DNA of 63,533 bases, filler included, from Octopus bimaculoides (taxonomy: Eukaryota), in assembly GCF_001194135.2 (NCBI RefSeq). It is 6 parts of 6 records of this genome, joined end to end, with 100 filler letters (N's around TTAATTAATTAA, not from the genome) between each part and the next. Parts side by side here need not be neighbours in the genome. Positions count along the whole stretch, not along the records: positions 56,063 to 62,123 come from NC_069006.1; positions 62,224 to 63,533 come from NC_068992.1; 4 more parts are not named here. One strand, 5' to 3'. The translations under genes were made by a program, and so were the position numbers. This document shows, piece after piece, positions 61,538 to 63,533 of this stretch; positions within the stretch are counted from its first letter, which is position 1, and each line of letters starts with the position of its first letter. The notes beneath the pieces are model-generated. The model saw nothing but the letters and a program-made list of their open reading frames with translations. It did no database searches and was not told the origin of the DNA.

Positions 61538-62344
61538 TATCTTTCCGCAAACATAACGTGCATATGCAAATAGTTAAGTAAGGGCCAGCTTCCGGAACCT
61601 GTTGGCAAATATCGGCGTTTCAAACACAAGGTGTTGCTTTGCATCTGGTGGAATTATGGAGGGTATAATTCAGGGTATAATTCAGCCGAAACGTTGTGTT
61701 AACAACAAGCAGGATGAGGACAAATATCCGTCAAATGTAAATAATGTACATAATTCCTCTTCTCCTAAATATAGATTTGCTGATGTTAATTATTCTATAA
61801 ATCAACAATAAGCTAAAGAACACCAACTCGTATACGCTTGCAAGGCAGCTTAACGAGGTTTACTCATTAATACTTGACGTTTCTTATTGCCACGTGGATT
61901 ACGGTAAAAGTCAAGAATCAATGTTTTTATTGTTGTTCTAACAATTAAATTATTGATAACAGTCTGGTGCCACCCGCAGCATACGACAGTGATTGGTTGA
62001 ACAAATGAAAATTCGCAATTGGGAGAAATTAGATTTGTTACAGCATCAGAGACTCATTAACGAAGCGCTGTTTGAGGACACCTGTGTATGAATGCCTTGG
62101 TATACATATCTTATATATATATANNNNNNNNNNNNNNNNNNNNNNNNNNNNNNNNNNNNNNNNNNNNTTAATTAATTAANNNNNNNNNNNNNNNNNNNNN
62201 NNNNNNNNNNNNNNNNNNNNNNNGAATATTGGGCGAAAGTAAAAATATGTACACCGAGTGTTTCGGGGTTAGGGCACCTGTTTTTGTTACGCTGAAAACG
62301 GGTGGTGTACGTATTCTTCATCTCCGCCGGAATATTGTATGCTT

Positions 62345-62557
62345 TTCTACTCTAGGCACAAGGCTCGAAATTTTGGGAGAAGGGGGGGGGCAGTCGATTA
62401 GACCGACCTCAGTACGCAACTGGTACTTAATTTATCGACTCCGAAAGGATGAAAGGCAAAGTCGACCTCGGTGGAATTTGAACTCAGAACGTAAAGACAG
62501 ACGAAATAGCGCTAAGTTTTCCGCCCTACGTGCCAACGATTCTGCGAGCTCGCCGCC
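62345..62557 (-). mobile_element. SINE family B
   Basis: gaaaggatgaaaggcaaagtcgacctcggtggaatttgaactcagaacgtaaagacagacgaaata...gagctcgccgcc. Confidence 0.85.
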
Positions 62558-63119
62558 AAATGTATTGACAGGAAGTTACACGCTTGCATTTTAATTATCT
62601 ATCTTATTTATCTTCTCTGTTTTTTTTTCTTCCTATTCTCATTCTCTTACCGTTTACTTTTGTTATTTTTTTTAGAATGTTATCTATTAATATTTTTTTT
62701 TATCTCCATGGGAATAAACGACTGTTTTTTAAACGGCTCCCACGCAAGTCAATTTCTGGAGATTACACGTGATTAGAAGAGTACCCTTTTGCAGCTGCGT
62801 TAGTTTAAGACGGCGTTTCATCCTCGAAGACCCTATGCATTCTCCCAAGGAATGAGTCGAAGCAATGGATATTTTCTGTTCTAAACTCCCCAAAATTGTG
62901 AGTAATTTCAGATATTTTGAATCATGTTTTTAATTTATTATTATTTTAACTATGTTTCTTGACTATTTTCACATTAATTGCTTTACCTATGTAATTAACC
63001 GTATCTTTGTGTTTCGTCTTTGTTTTAACCTTCTGTAATACCTTCGTGTATTTGTTTTGTTTTCAAAACAAAAATAACTTTTCAAAAGAAAGTTGCCATT
63101 GTATTGTGTATTTATTTCT

Positions 63120-63190
63120 TCATTACCCACAGGGGGCTAAACAGAGGGGACAAACAAGGACAGACAAAGGGATTAATTAAGTCGACTACG
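63120..63190 (-). mobile_element. SINE family B-related alternative 3' tail fragment
   Basis: ttacccacagggggctaaacagaggggacaaacaaggacagacaaagggattaa..gtcgact. Confidence 0.45.
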
Positions 63191-63266
63191 GTAATCTTCC
63201 AGTTTCGAGAGGTAAAAGAAATAAATAAAAATATTCAAGGGAAATGACTGAACGTCTTACTAGTAT

Positions 63267-63533
63267 TATCCGTACTAATTTGTTCATAAATAAATCACGT
63301 GATTTGGTTGACATTAACTGTTTATATATAAATCACACATGTGATTGAATATCATAGTTTCTTATGAGAAATCGAAAATGCCTCGTGGAAGACCGGATGC
63401 ACAACATCTAACCCTAACCTTAAAAAAAAAAAATTCCGTCGCATGCTGTTTGTAAAAAGAAAAAAACATTTTAAACTTTTATAAAAAAAAAAATTCCGTC
63501 GCATGCTGTTTTAGAGAGAAAGTAGTACGGATA
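63267..63533. mobile_element. Possible MITE (right end at or beyond the window edge)
   Basis: tatccgtacta (63267-63277) and its reverse complement tagtacggata (63523-63533). Internal ctaaccctaacc and a 31-bp direct repeat at 63421 and 63482. Confidence 0.45.

Noticed and set aside
1-63533. CRISPR arrays, operons or other prokaryotic systems
   Set aside because: No regularly spaced repeat-spacer array and no gene-dense DNA; the recurring repeats are dispersed SINEs and microsatellites.

Overview
Eukaryotic, repeat-dense, gapped genomic DNA. The SINE/LINE families and microsatellite load look like an Octopus assembly; that assignment is my inference from recall, not a database match. There are no prokaryotic features or CRISPR arrays. 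The one convincing host coding sequence is absent from the supplied ORF track because it runs off the left edge. It is a minus-strand reading frame of 454 stop-free codons (ATG at 1364 down to position 3), preceded by a strong splice acceptor and two uORFs. It encodes a Ser/Pro-rich, probably disordered N-terminus with WFRPW (Groucho-type), PLDLSSR (CtBP-type) and DSGGGT motifs, which suggests a transcriptional repressor. The remaining ~62 kb is probably intron or upstream DNA of that gene. It holds three tRNA-derived SINE families (labelled A, B, C here), decayed RTE-clade, R4/Dong-like and Penelope-like retroelements, DD41D, DD37D-like and mariner Tc1/mariner relics, Helitrons, and hAT and piggyBac-like MITEs. 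Structural oddities: hammerhead-ribozyme-like motifs, a 320-bp near-perfect hairpin, a fold-back DD41D element, a head-to-tail array of R4/Dong 3' ends joined by (AAT)n, and inverted SINE pairs. Most supplied ORFs are microsatellite or N-gap artefacts. All translations and coordinates were worked out by hand; repeat boundaries are approximate (about +/-10-30 bp) unless a TSD or TIR is quoted.
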